From NCBI GenBank assembly GCA_024330965.1, contig JANDJL010000003.1, positions 95,579-159,578 of the forward strand: a DNA stretch of 64,000 nt. The letters run 5' to 3'. Position 1 is the stretch's first letter; every line of letters begins with the position of its first letter. Of the stretch, positions 1 to 8,697 are shown in pieces. Source of the stretch: Nitrospira sp. Its GTDB lineage: Bacteria > Nitrospirota > Nitrospiria > Nitrospirales > Nitrospiraceae. The position numbers and the translations under genes are program-made. Under the pieces are notes generated by a model, which worked only from the letters and a program-made list of their open reading frames with translations, was not told the DNA's origin and did no database searches.

Positions 1-763
1 CAAATTGCCTTCCAAAGTTGAGCCGGTCGGCCAAATTCGTTCCGGAGAGAAAGCGTCCGGCCAGATCGGCCAGCGTCGGGTCGCGCGAAACCATGAACCG
101 GTGGATATCCACCGGAGCGACCAACCAATAGCCCCTGAGACGGAAGAAAGCCAGGACACAGTCTTCGTAAAACAGGTTCAGCAGATACTGGGCTGTGGCC
201 GGTTTGTCGGAGAGATCTTCCGCCTTCTCCAACCAGTGATAGCACTCGGCTTTCAGCCGAATTCGTTCATTGATCGTGGTTGGAGGCGGCCCCTGACGGA
301 ACCGATGGTGGGCCTTCTGAGTCAACTGCGCGCAGATTCCATTATAGTCGAACAGGATGCGGGCTTTTCTGAGCAGTGAAGGCAGGCGGAGGGAGTGGGC
401 GAGTTCCTCCTCGATCTCTTTGTGCCCGCGGTATCGAATGTCGGCCAGACGGTCTCCGACGCGAAGAATTTCATGGCTGTCGGCTTGGCCTTTCACCAAA
501 GCGATCAAGTCGATGTCGCTGTGGGGGGTGACGGCTCGACGTGCTCCAGACCCGACCAGCAGCACGCCGACCAAATCACCCCCTCGTGAGCCCTTTATAT
601 GGCGCAGGGCGACGTCTACTCCGTCCTCGAAGCCGGGCGTTTTGGGAGAGGTCGGCTGTGCCGGCTGTTCCGGAATTTCCAGCAGCTCGGCGTTGAGTTC
701 CTCGCGAGTCGGTGAGCCAGATGCCTGGCTCGCATCCGTCATCGGATCAGTCGATGATTTCAT
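1..763 (-). CDS. nucleotidyltransferase-domain protein (3' end cut by window edge)
   Basis: Absent from the supplied ORF track because no stop lies inside the window. Manual reverse-strand translation from the ATG at 763-761 gives MKSSTDPMTD...GSRGGDLVGVLLVGSGARRAVTPHSDIDLIALVKG. This is the G-S...D-x-D signature of Pol-beta-type/minimal nucleotidyltransferases, followed by a helical C-terminal part. Plus-strand ORFs 5-379 and 357-809 are antisense shadows. Confidence 0.6.
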   Translation of the reverse strand, partial: MKSSTDPMTDASQASGSPTREELNAELLEIPEQPAQPTSPKTPGFEDGVDVALRHIKGSRGGDLVGVLLVGSGARRAVTPHSDIDLIALVKGQADSHEILRVGDRLADIRYRGHKEIEEELAHSLRLPSLLRKARILFDYNGICAQLTQKAHHRFRQGPPPTTINERIRLKAECYHWLEKAEDLSDKPATAQYLLNLFYEDCVLAFFRLRGYWLVAPVDIHRFMVSRDPTLADLAGRFLSGTNLADRLNFGRQF

Positions 764-878
764 CGGGGTCGCACAATTCTTTTACAGTCAATTCCGGGAA
801 TTGCGTTGACGACCTGCACACGTTCTCATTCTATGGAGGGTCAGAACAAGTGTCAACGTGTGGGAACGCGAGGGAACG

Positions 879-1982
<1,104 letters not shown>

Positions 1983-2008
1983 GCCGGACCTGCTAGACTG
2001 GCGCGTTT

Positions 2009-3307
2009 ATGGCATCGGCATCGGGGATGAAAACGGATCGCTTGCTCTTGAATCGGGGGGCCGTTCTGCTCGGCGCTCGACCGGAAGAAGTCGTGCCGCT
2101 GGCCTGGGCGTTCGCCTATTTTTTCTGCCTTCTGTGCGGCTATTCGATCCTCCGCCCGGTCCGTGACGAAATGGCCATTGAGGGAGGGATCACGAATCTC
2201 CCCTGGCTGATGAGTGCTACGTTCGTCACGATGGCGGTTGCGACGCCGCTGTTCGGCTGGCTGTCCGCCCGCTGTTCCCGCTATCGGCTGCTTCTGACGA
2301 TCTACGTGTTTTTCATAGCCAATCTGGTGATTTTTTATGTCTCGATGTCGAGCCATTGGTATGCGGAATGGGTAGCCCGCGGGTTTTTTGTCTGGCTCTC
2401 GGTCTTCAATCTGTTCGTCGTCTCGGTCTTTTGGAGTTTCATGGACGATTTGTTTACGCCGGAACAGGGAGCCAGATTGTTCGGCGTCATCGCCGCAGGC
2501 GGAAGCAGCGGCGCGTTGCTCGGTCCACTGCTGACGACTGGGTTGACTTTTTTCGTGTCGGTGCCGGTGCTGATGTTGGTCTCGTCCGGCTTTCTGGTGC
2601 TGTGTCTGGGCTGTATCGATCGGCTGGAACGATGGGGTTCCGGACGCACGGCCCATCATCGACCTTCTCCTGGCGATCCGCTCGAGGGTGGGGTCTTGGC
2701 GGGCATCCGTCTCACCTTGTCTTCGCCCTATCTCCTCGGTATTTGCGGTTACATCGGGCTGCTGACTATGACGGCCACGTTTCTCTACTTCGAGCAGACC
2801 AGGCTGGTGTCGGACTATCTGGATCAGCCGGAGGCCAGGACGAGACTTTTTTCCGCGATTGATTTCACGACCAATCTGTTGACGTGGATGACCCAGCTTT
2901 TCCTCACCAACCGGGTCGTCGGCCGATGGGGGCTGGTGGCTGGTCTCATGTGTCTTCCGGCCATCAGCGCTGCGGGATTTCTGGGGATCGCTCTCTGGCC
3001 GACGCTTGCCGTCTATGTCGCCTTTTCAGTTCTGCGAAGGGTGAGCGAATATGCCCTCTCCAAACCGTCGCGCGAAGTGTTGTTTACCGCGCTCAGCCGA
3101 GAAGAAAAGTACAAGGCCAAAAATTTCATCGACACAGCCGTTTCACGAGGGGGCGATGCATTCACCGCATGGCTGGTTACCGCTTTGAAATCGCTCGGGG
3201 TCACGACGATCCAAATTGCTTGGACCTTGGTGCCGGTGATGGTCTTCTGGATGTGGCTTGCGTCGGTGTTGGCCAAGCGCAAGGAGAGGATGAAAGAGAG
3301 GACATAG
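2009..3307 (+). CDS. MFS-type membrane transporter, related to ATP:ADP-antiporter-like (Npt/TLC-like) carriers
   Basis: The 432-aa ORF has about 11-12 hydrophobic spans. The N-terminal motif FFCLLCGYSILRPVRDEM resembles the Y-x-ILR-x-x-(K/R)D motif of TLC/AAA-family carriers. Substrate is unknown. Confidence 0.6.
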   Translation: MASASGMKTDRLLLNRGAVLLGARPEEVVPLAWAFAYFFCLLCGYSILRPVRDEMAIEGGITNLPWLMSATFVTMAVATPLFGWLSARCSRYRLLLTIYVFFIANLVIFYVSMSSHWYAEWVARGFFVWLSVFNLFVVSVFWSFMDDLFTPEQGARLFGVIAAGGSSGALLGPLLTTGLTFFVSVPVLMLVSSGFLVLCLGCIDRLERWGSGRTAHHRPSPGDPLEGGVLAGIRLTLSSPYLLGICGYIGLLTMTATFLYFEQTRLVSDYLDQPEARTRLFSAIDFTTNLLTWMTQLFLTNRVVGRWGLVAGLMCLPAISAAGFLGIALWPTLAVYVAFSVLRRVSEYALSKPSREVLFTALSREEKYKAKNFIDTAVSRGGDAFTAWLVTALKSLGVTTIQIAWTLVPVMVFWMWLASVLAKRKERMKERT

Positions 3308-3716
3308 ACACGTATCCATCGGTCAGGATGCTCAGGGCCGTTTGCCATGCTCGAATCCGGTGAGATGAGGAGTCTCACGCGACGACGAGTCGAATCAAGA
3401 CGAATCCCAACGTAATGATGGGCACGCCCGCCATCTACGGCAGGCGCATTTCCATGATCGGTTTCTCCGTCCGCCACGCCACCGCGGCATCGCGCAAGCC
3501 GGACAAGACTTGTTTGTGATTGTGTATTGGTCCGATAGGTTCGAAGGTGATCCGCTCGTGAAAAACGAGCCGCTCTGTTTTTCGATGATCAGACGGCGCC
3601 ACGTCTGCGCCTGTGTCATCCTCACACCAGCCAGGTCACGATCCCATCGTTTGCACAGTGTTCGGCCGAGCGTTCAGGAGTGTCGTCAAACCCCGCTTGT
3701 GGAGTTACGTATTTCG

Positions 3717-3736
3717 CGAAACATCCCGAAACATCC
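3717..3736. repeat. perfect 10-bp tandem direct repeat CGAAACATCC x2 in the leader of the 3814-7066 cassette
   Basis: Read directly: cgaaacatcc (3717-3726) and cgaaacatcc (3727-3736), about 80 nt upstream of the ATG at 3814. Confidence 0.9.
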
Positions 3737-3813
3737 GATGTGGCAAAACTCCCATTGCTTCCTATCGGCATACGTGTTAAGACGGATGCATCTCGCCAAG
3801 GAAGTGGGAGGCA

Positions 3814-4128
3814 ATGACGCAAGACTCTCCAATCGCACGACACTTCGGCGCCAGCGTTACGCTGAAGCGAGCAGAAAGTTCGGACCGGCAACTTTTCCTT
3901 GTGAAATACGATCTATCCGATCAGACGATCCCCGGCCGGGTGAAAGCCATGGGGGGGAAAATCGTTTTGAGTGCGTCCGGTTGGATGTTGGCGGAGCTGC
4001 CTTTTTTGCTGGCGATGAGCCTTGAAAAGACGCCGGGATTTCATTTCGTCAGGGGAGTGTCGATTGACCAACGCCGGCTGGAGCTGTTCCGGCGCGCGGT
4101 CGAGGGAGCAAAATTCGATCGAAGATAA
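3814..4128 (+). CDS. hypothetical protein, first gene of uncharacterised cassette
   Basis: The 104-aa ORF has a GGGAGG SD at 3803-3808. Its alternating beta/alpha pattern (LFLVKYDL...GRVKAMGGKIV...LAELP...PGFHFVRG) is only loosely reminiscent of small alpha/beta propeptide-like (I9-like) folds. No family was recognised. Confidence 0.55.
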   Translation: MTQDSPIARHFGASVTLKRAESSDRQLFLVKYDLSDQTIPGRVKAMGGKIVLSASGWMLAELPFLLAMSLEKTPGFHFVRGVSIDQRRLELFRRAVEGAKFDRR

Positions 4129-4152
4129 AACCGACCGAAAAAGGAGGTGCGT

Positions 4153-4674
4153 ATGCCCAGTGTAGGTCAGGAGTTACTGGATACTCCGTTTCCGGAGATG
4201 GTCACTAAATTGGCTCTCGGTATTGCCGCGGGACAAACGGCGTTGGACGAAGCATCGGTGGCGACGGCGAAACTGTTGGCCGAGACGACCGTACCGATCG
4301 TGCTGAATGTCACCCAGACCATCGCCGCCGATGGGACCGTCAGTTTCTCACAGTCGCCTCCCGTGGATGTGTCGTTGCTGCAGATCGGTTTGTTGCCGAC
4401 GTTCTATCAGTTCACCGAAGCGACGATCGAACTCACCATGGATATTAAGACCACCACAAGCCGTGAAACCAACGTGAAGATTGCGGCGCAGGCCAAGGTG
4501 GGCTTTGCGGTCTGGAGCGCTTCGGTGAAGACGGACGTGGCGCATAACCGCAAGTACGGCAAAGAAGTGAGGGGTACGGCTCGTCTGTTCACGAGGCTCG
4601 CTCCAGTGCCGCCTCCTCCGCGCATCGCGCCTGAAGTGACCGTGGTTGATAGTCGTCAAGGTGGAGGCGTGTAA
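4153..4674 (+). CDS. hypothetical protein, paralogue A of tandem pair
   Basis: The ORF-track start is a GTG at 4147. The ATG at 4153 sits 5-6 nt after an AAGGAGG SD (4141-4147). Shares GQEL..TP....L...A.GQ..LD, VSLL..GL.PTFY.F.EAT.E.TMD.K, PVP.PP and C-terminal GGG[VI] with the next ORF. Confidence 0.7.
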   Translation: MPSVGQELLDTPFPEMVTKLALGIAAGQTALDEASVATAKLLAETTVPIVLNVTQTIAADGTVSFSQSPPVDVSLLQIGLLPTFYQFTEATIELTMDIKTTTSRETNVKIAAQAKVGFAVWSASVKTDVAHNRKYGKEVRGTARLFTRLAPVPPPPRIAPEVTVVDSRQGGGV

Positions 4675-5204
4675 TGGCGATTCGCCTGACGCCGCGCGAC
4701 GCGAATGGAGGGCAAGAGCTGGCGGGAACGCCGCTGGCCGACCTCATCACGCAACTGGCGGAAGCCGTCGCTGAGGGACAGGCCAAATTGGACTTGTCTT
4801 CGGCGCAGGTCGCCGCCGAGTTGGCGCGAACGAAGGTGAAATTCATCCCCGCCATTCGGCAAATCATCGAAAAAGATGGGTCCATGCGGTTCGAGCAGGC
4901 CCAGCCGATGGAGGTCAGCCTGCTCGATCTTGGTCTTCAGCCGACGTTCTATTCGTTCTCGGAGGCCACCGTGGAGGTCACCATGGATCTCAAGGTCGTC
5001 GAAGAAACCACCACGACGGGAAGCGGCCGCGCGCCGGCCAAGATGCTCTTTGCCGGCACCAGGTCCTTGCGGACCGAGCGTAAGTTGAATCGCGACGTGA
5101 AAATCTCTTCCAAAATGACGGCCAAACTGGTTCCCGTGCCGGCGCCGCCGTTGCTCGGCCCGGCGCGTGACGTCGAAGACCGGCGCGAAGGGGGAGGGAT
5201 CTAG
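4674..5204 (+). CDS. hypothetical protein, paralogue B of tandem pair
   Basis: 176-aa ORF. Its start overlaps the previous stop (TAATG at 4672-4676). It is clearly homologous to 4153-4674. Confidence 0.7.
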   Translation: MAIRLTPRDANGGQELAGTPLADLITQLAEAVAEGQAKLDLSSAQVAAELARTKVKFIPAIRQIIEKDGSMRFEQAQPMEVSLLDLGLQPTFYSFSEATVEVTMDLKVVEETTTTGSGRAPAKMLFAGTRSLRTERKLNRDVKISSKMTAKLVPVPAPPLLGPARDVEDRREGGGI

Positions 5205-5235
5205 AGGGGGCTAGCGGAGAGAATGGAGGAGGCCG

Positions 5236-5721
5236 ATGGCGGGTGAGATAACGGTCGAAGATCTACTGGGCGAATTGGGGCAGGCGATCCATGCGGCACA
5301 GTTGAGGCTGAATCGGCAGAGCCTGGAACGACCTCCTGGATCGGTGGGATTGCCCACCACCCTTTCCATCAGCGAGACCGATCTGGAAGTCAAAATTTTG
5401 TTTGAAGAAAAACAGGGAAACGCCCTGGTGAGGCCGGTCGGCCGAGCACAGGCCGATACCCCGGCGGCCGCCTTTTCCACGCTCCGCGCGAAGATCGTGG
5501 CGGTGGCGGATGAGGATGTCCGTCTGCCGCAACGTACCCCCTCCGATGTGCGCGAGGAAATTATCAAGCGCCCGGATATCGCGCGTCTTGCCAAGATCTT
5601 CGGCAGCCTCCAGGTTACGACGACGTTTGTGCCGGAGGCGGCTCGTTGGCTGGTAGACGTGGTTGAGCCGTCCGGCTCCGTGCTGCGGCGCATTCAGGTA
5701 GAAGACGGGAAGCCTCAATGA
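5236..5721 (+). CDS. hypothetical protein (helix + beta-strand module)
   Basis: 161-aa ORF with a GGAGGAGG SD just upstream. The N-terminal EDLLGELGQAIHAAQLRL helix is followed by SISETDLEVKILFEE. No family was recognised with certainty. Confidence 0.65.
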   Translation: MAGEITVEDLLGELGQAIHAAQLRLNRQSLERPPGSVGLPTTLSISETDLEVKILFEEKQGNALVRPVGRAQADTPAAAFSTLRAKIVAVADEDVRLPQRTPSDVREEIIKRPDIARLAKIFGSLQVTTTFVPEAARWLVDVVEPSGSVLRRIQVEDGKPQ

Positions 5722-6308
5722 GCACCCCCAAAACCTCCAAAACCTCCAAGAACGGTCCCACGTCGGCCGGCTCACCGTCCGGGCCGACACCCGACGACCG
5801 ACTTCAGGCCTTGATTGCCGAAAATCGGAAGCTCGGAGAAGAATTGCAAGAAGCTCAAAAACTGGCCGCGGTGCTCGAAAAGACCAATGCCCAGTCGATC
5901 GCCGCTCGCGACAAGGCGTTGAAAGAGGCGGAAGCCGTAAAGAAAACCGCTGCGGAACTGAAAGCCCAAGTTGAAGAGCTGGCTGCCTCCAACCGCAAAA
6001 TGACCGCCGAGATCGCGCGCCTCACGCGTCAGGTGGAGCGAACGCCGTTGAATCCGGTGTCGCCCGAGGAGGCGGCGGCTCTATTCGATAAGTTCATCGG
6101 CGGCATGAAACTGTCTCGCACGCTCGAGCTGCGCGATGTCCATCTCACCTTGAAGGTCGCCACGGGCAAGCTGGGTGACCAGACCGTCCTCTTATTGCCG
6201 GAGCCGGGCGCAGTCGATCCGGCGTCGCTCCATGAACTGAAGTTCAGCCTGCGCGGCATGAGTATCGCCGAAGCGCCGGACGCCGATCGCCCGGTCAAAC
6301 GCGGATGA
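5718..6308 (+). CDS. hypothetical coiled-coil protein
   Basis: 196-aa ORF with an ATGA overlap to the previous gene. It has an S/T/P/K-rich N-terminus and about 80 aa of heptad-like coiled coil (LQALIAENRKLGEELQEAQKL...). Its C-terminal module (FDKFIGGMKLSRTLELRDVHLTLKV) resembles the neighbouring small proteins. Confidence 0.65.
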   Translation: MSTPKTSKTSKNGPTSAGSPSGPTPDDRLQALIAENRKLGEELQEAQKLAAVLEKTNAQSIAARDKALKEAEAVKKTAAELKAQVEELAASNRKMTAEIARLTRQVERTPLNPVSPEEAAALFDKFIGGMKLSRTLELRDVHLTLKVATGKLGDQTVLLLPEPGAVDPASLHELKFSLRGMSIAEAPDADRPVKRG

Positions 6309-7066
6309 AGAGGGAATCCCCCGCCGAGCGGCTCAAACGGTTGAGCCAAGAGGGGAAGCTCGCCTATGAAGCCGGGCGCTACGGTGAAGCGGAGAAGCGC
6401 TGGCGCGCGGCCCTGCGATTGGTGAAACATGGTGCGCCGGGCACGGTCGTGGCTCTGCGCAATAACTTGGCCGGGCTGTTTCACGCGCAGAAAAAGTATG
6501 CCCTTGCGGCGAAGTATTTCGCCGACGCCCTTGCCGCCTGCTCTCCCGAGGAACCGGCCGCCGCTCCTTTGCGCGCCACAATCTTAAACAATCTCGGCGA
6601 ACTGTATCGTACCCAGGGAAAGAACGAGCAGGCGACCGCGTCGTTCGAGCAGGCCATTGCAATCTTGGAACGATCGACGGGCGGTCCAACGGTTCAACTC
6701 GCCCCGATGCTGAACAATCTAGCCGAGCTTCATCGGGCGGCGGGAAAACTTGAACTGGCCGAGCCGCTCTATCGACGGGCGTTGGATCTGCTGGAGGGGA
6801 CGCTCGGGCCCATGCATGCCCAGGTCGCTGTGGTTCAGAACAATCTCGGCGGGTTGTTGCTGGACGCCAATCGATTGGAAGAAGCCCAAGCAGCCTTCGA
6901 GCGCGCATTCACGATCCTGGGTCAAGCGTTGGGAGAACGGCACCCGCAAACAGCGCAGGTCATGCTTAACTGCGCCACGGTGTTGCGCCGTCGAGCCCAT
7001 TTTCTCGAATCCCGAGCCCGCGCCCTGTTGGAACAAGCGACCGCCGACCAAGTTTGCAAGCCTTGA
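6305..7066 (+). CDS. tetratricopeptide-repeat protein (TPR_12 / kinesin-light-chain-like repeats)
   Basis: 253-aa ORF with an ATGA overlap to the previous gene. It has repeated NNLA.L....GK...AE.L..RAL units (at least 5). Confidence 0.85.
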   Translation: MKRESPAERLKRLSQEGKLAYEAGRYGEAEKRWRAALRLVKHGAPGTVVALRNNLAGLFHAQKKYALAAKYFADALAACSPEEPAAAPLRATILNNLGELYRTQGKNEQATASFEQAIAILERSTGGPTVQLAPMLNNLAELHRAAGKLELAEPLYRRALDLLEGTLGPMHAQVAVVQNNLGGLLLDANRLEEAQAAFERAFTILGQALGERHPQTAQVMLNCATVLRRRAHFLESRARALLEQATADQVCKP

Positions 7067-7084
7067 CAAGTTTGCAAGCCTTGA
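7049..7084. repeat. perfect 18-bp tandem duplication CAAGTTTGCAAGCCTTGA x2
   Basis: Read directly: 7049-7066 equals 7067-7084. The first unit contains the TGA stop (7064-7066) of the TPR gene. Confidence 0.95.
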
Positions 7085-7288
7085 AAGGATAGCGGGCGAC
7101 ATCTCAGAAGACGGACCGTGGCGTCTGCTCGTCCCGTTTGGACCGGCATGAAACAGAGATGTGCGGCAGGCGTACGGGCTGCTTCCATCGGCTTTACCGG
7201 CAAAAAAATCGCATGGTATAGTCTGCCGCCGTTTACGCAGCGAGCATTCATTAATCGTCTGTCATCACGGAGGTCAAGAGAGGGATCA

Positions 7289-8653
7289 ATGCCGGAAGTT
7301 CCCGCCAAATTGTACGTCGAGAAATTGCTGAAGGAGAGTCGGGGTGACGCACGGCGGTTGGCGTTGGTGTCGGCTGCCGTCAAGGATTCGGCGCTGCGAG
7401 CGATGGCCGATGAGCTGGAAGCCGATGAAAAGGGGATTCTCGCCGCCAACGAGCGGGACGTCGACGCCCTCGGTGCGTCTTACGAGGGCGATGTTGGCAA
7501 GGACAGAATGAAAGAATTGGTCGCGCGTGTGCGCATGACGGCCGAATCCGTCAAGGAGATGGCCGGCCGGCTTCGCGTCATCGCGGACTTGCCCGATCCG
7601 GTTGGTGCTGTCACTGGGCGGTGGGAGAGGCCGGATGGACTGCAAGTCGAGCGGGTTCGCGTACCGATCGGGGTGATCGGGGTCATTTCGGAGATGAATC
7701 CGCTGATAACGGTGGAATCGATCGCACTGTGCCTCAAGTCTGGCAACCTCTGTGTTTTTTGGGGCGCTCCCGAGTGGAAGGAAACGCACCGAGTCATGGA
7801 AACGGCGTTGCGCCGCGCGGCGGAGCGGAGCGGACTCGCCGCCGGCTCGTGGATTCTGATCGACCGCCCGGACAAGGAGATGGCCCTTGAACTGATACGG
7901 TCCGGTAAAAACCTTGACGCCCTCATTGCGCGCGGGGGGATGGGCCTTCGCAAGGTCGTGATGGAACAGGCCAAGGTGCCGGTATTGTGCCATGACGGAG
8001 GATTGACGCACCTCTATGTCGATGGAGAAGTCGATCTTCCGCTGGCGCAGAACGTGGTTATTAATTCCAAAGTCCAACGGGCCGCCGCCGCCAATTCGCT
8101 CGATACGTTGTTGGTCGAGCAGATCGTCGGGCGGCAATTCTTGCCTCCGCTGATCAACCGACTGCTCGAGCAATTCAAGGTCGAGGTGCGGGGTTGTCCC
8201 AAAACCATCGCCCTGATGGGGCAGATGGCGATGACGGGTCACACAGCGATTGTTCCGGCGACGGACGCCGATTGGCGAACGCAGTTTCTGGGGCCGATCT
8301 TGGCCGTGAAAATGGTGGAGGGATTGGATGAAGCGATCGCCCACATTGCTGGCCACGGTCCTTGTCTCACGGCGGTGATCACGACGGATCGCTATGAGTC
8401 GGCGATGCGATTCACGCGCGAGGTCGACGCCGGAGCCGTGTTGGTCAACGCGTCCTCGCGGCTGCACGCAGGGGATGGTTTTGGGTTGGGTGTCGATGCC
8501 GGATTCAGTGTCGGCCGCCTGCATGCCAAGGGACCGATCGGGTTGGAGCAGTTGACTTGCGAGAAATACGTCGCCTTCGGAAGCGGCCAATTGCGAGCGC
8601 CCCATCCGGTTCCAGACACCTACTTCGACGCCATTATGTTGAAAAGGGCGTGA
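7289..8653 (+). CDS. gamma-glutamyl-phosphate reductase (ProA)-like protein with substituted catalytic motifs
   Basis: Collinear similarity to ProA throughout (VPIGVIGVI, ARGG, LYVD, NASSRLHAGDGFGLG, GRLHAKGPIGLEQLT). The ATG at 7289 follows GGAGG/GAGAGGG. The usual RP..CNA.E.LLV motif reads RAAAANSLDTLLV here, so there is no Cys. See findings. Confidence 0.8.
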   Translation: MPEVPAKLYVEKLLKESRGDARRLALVSAAVKDSALRAMADELEADEKGILAANERDVDALGASYEGDVGKDRMKELVARVRMTAESVKEMAGRLRVIADLPDPVGAVTGRWERPDGLQVERVRVPIGVIGVISEMNPLITVESIALCLKSGNLCVFWGAPEWKETHRVMETALRRAAERSGLAAGSWILIDRPDKEMALELIRSGKNLDALIARGGMGLRKVVMEQAKVPVLCHDGGLTHLYVDGEVDLPLAQNVVINSKVQRAAAANSLDTLLVEQIVGRQFLPPLINRLLEQFKVEVRGCPKTIALMGQMAMTGHTAIVPATDADWRTQFLGPILAVKMVEGLDEAIAHIAGHGPCLTAVITTDRYESAMRFTREVDAGAVLVNASSRLHAGDGFGLGVDAGFSVGRLHAKGPIGLEQLTCEKYVAFGSGQLRAPHPVPDTYFDAIMLKRA

Positions 8654-8697
8654 CGTTCATCAGACGTGATCGCATCACCGTCCGTCGAGGGAAATTC

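Noticed and set aside
7118-7288. A 57-aa N-terminal extension of the proA-like ORF as given in the track.
   Set aside because: The extension has no similarity to ProA and is Arg/Ser-rich. The ATG at 7289 is preceded by GGAGG and aligns with ProA N-termini.
7286-8605. A 439-aa minus-strand ORF opposite the proA-like gene. Similar long antisense ORFs occur at 24386-25858 (nrdJ), 36090-37214 (trpC/trpF), 46647-47561 (lysS), 49284-50240 (lnt), 56468-57280 (helicase) and 62122-62991 (addB).
   Set aside because: All are mirror frames of genes with strong family motifs. They are Arg/Pro/Gly-rich and have no recognisable domains. They are high-GC antisense artefacts.
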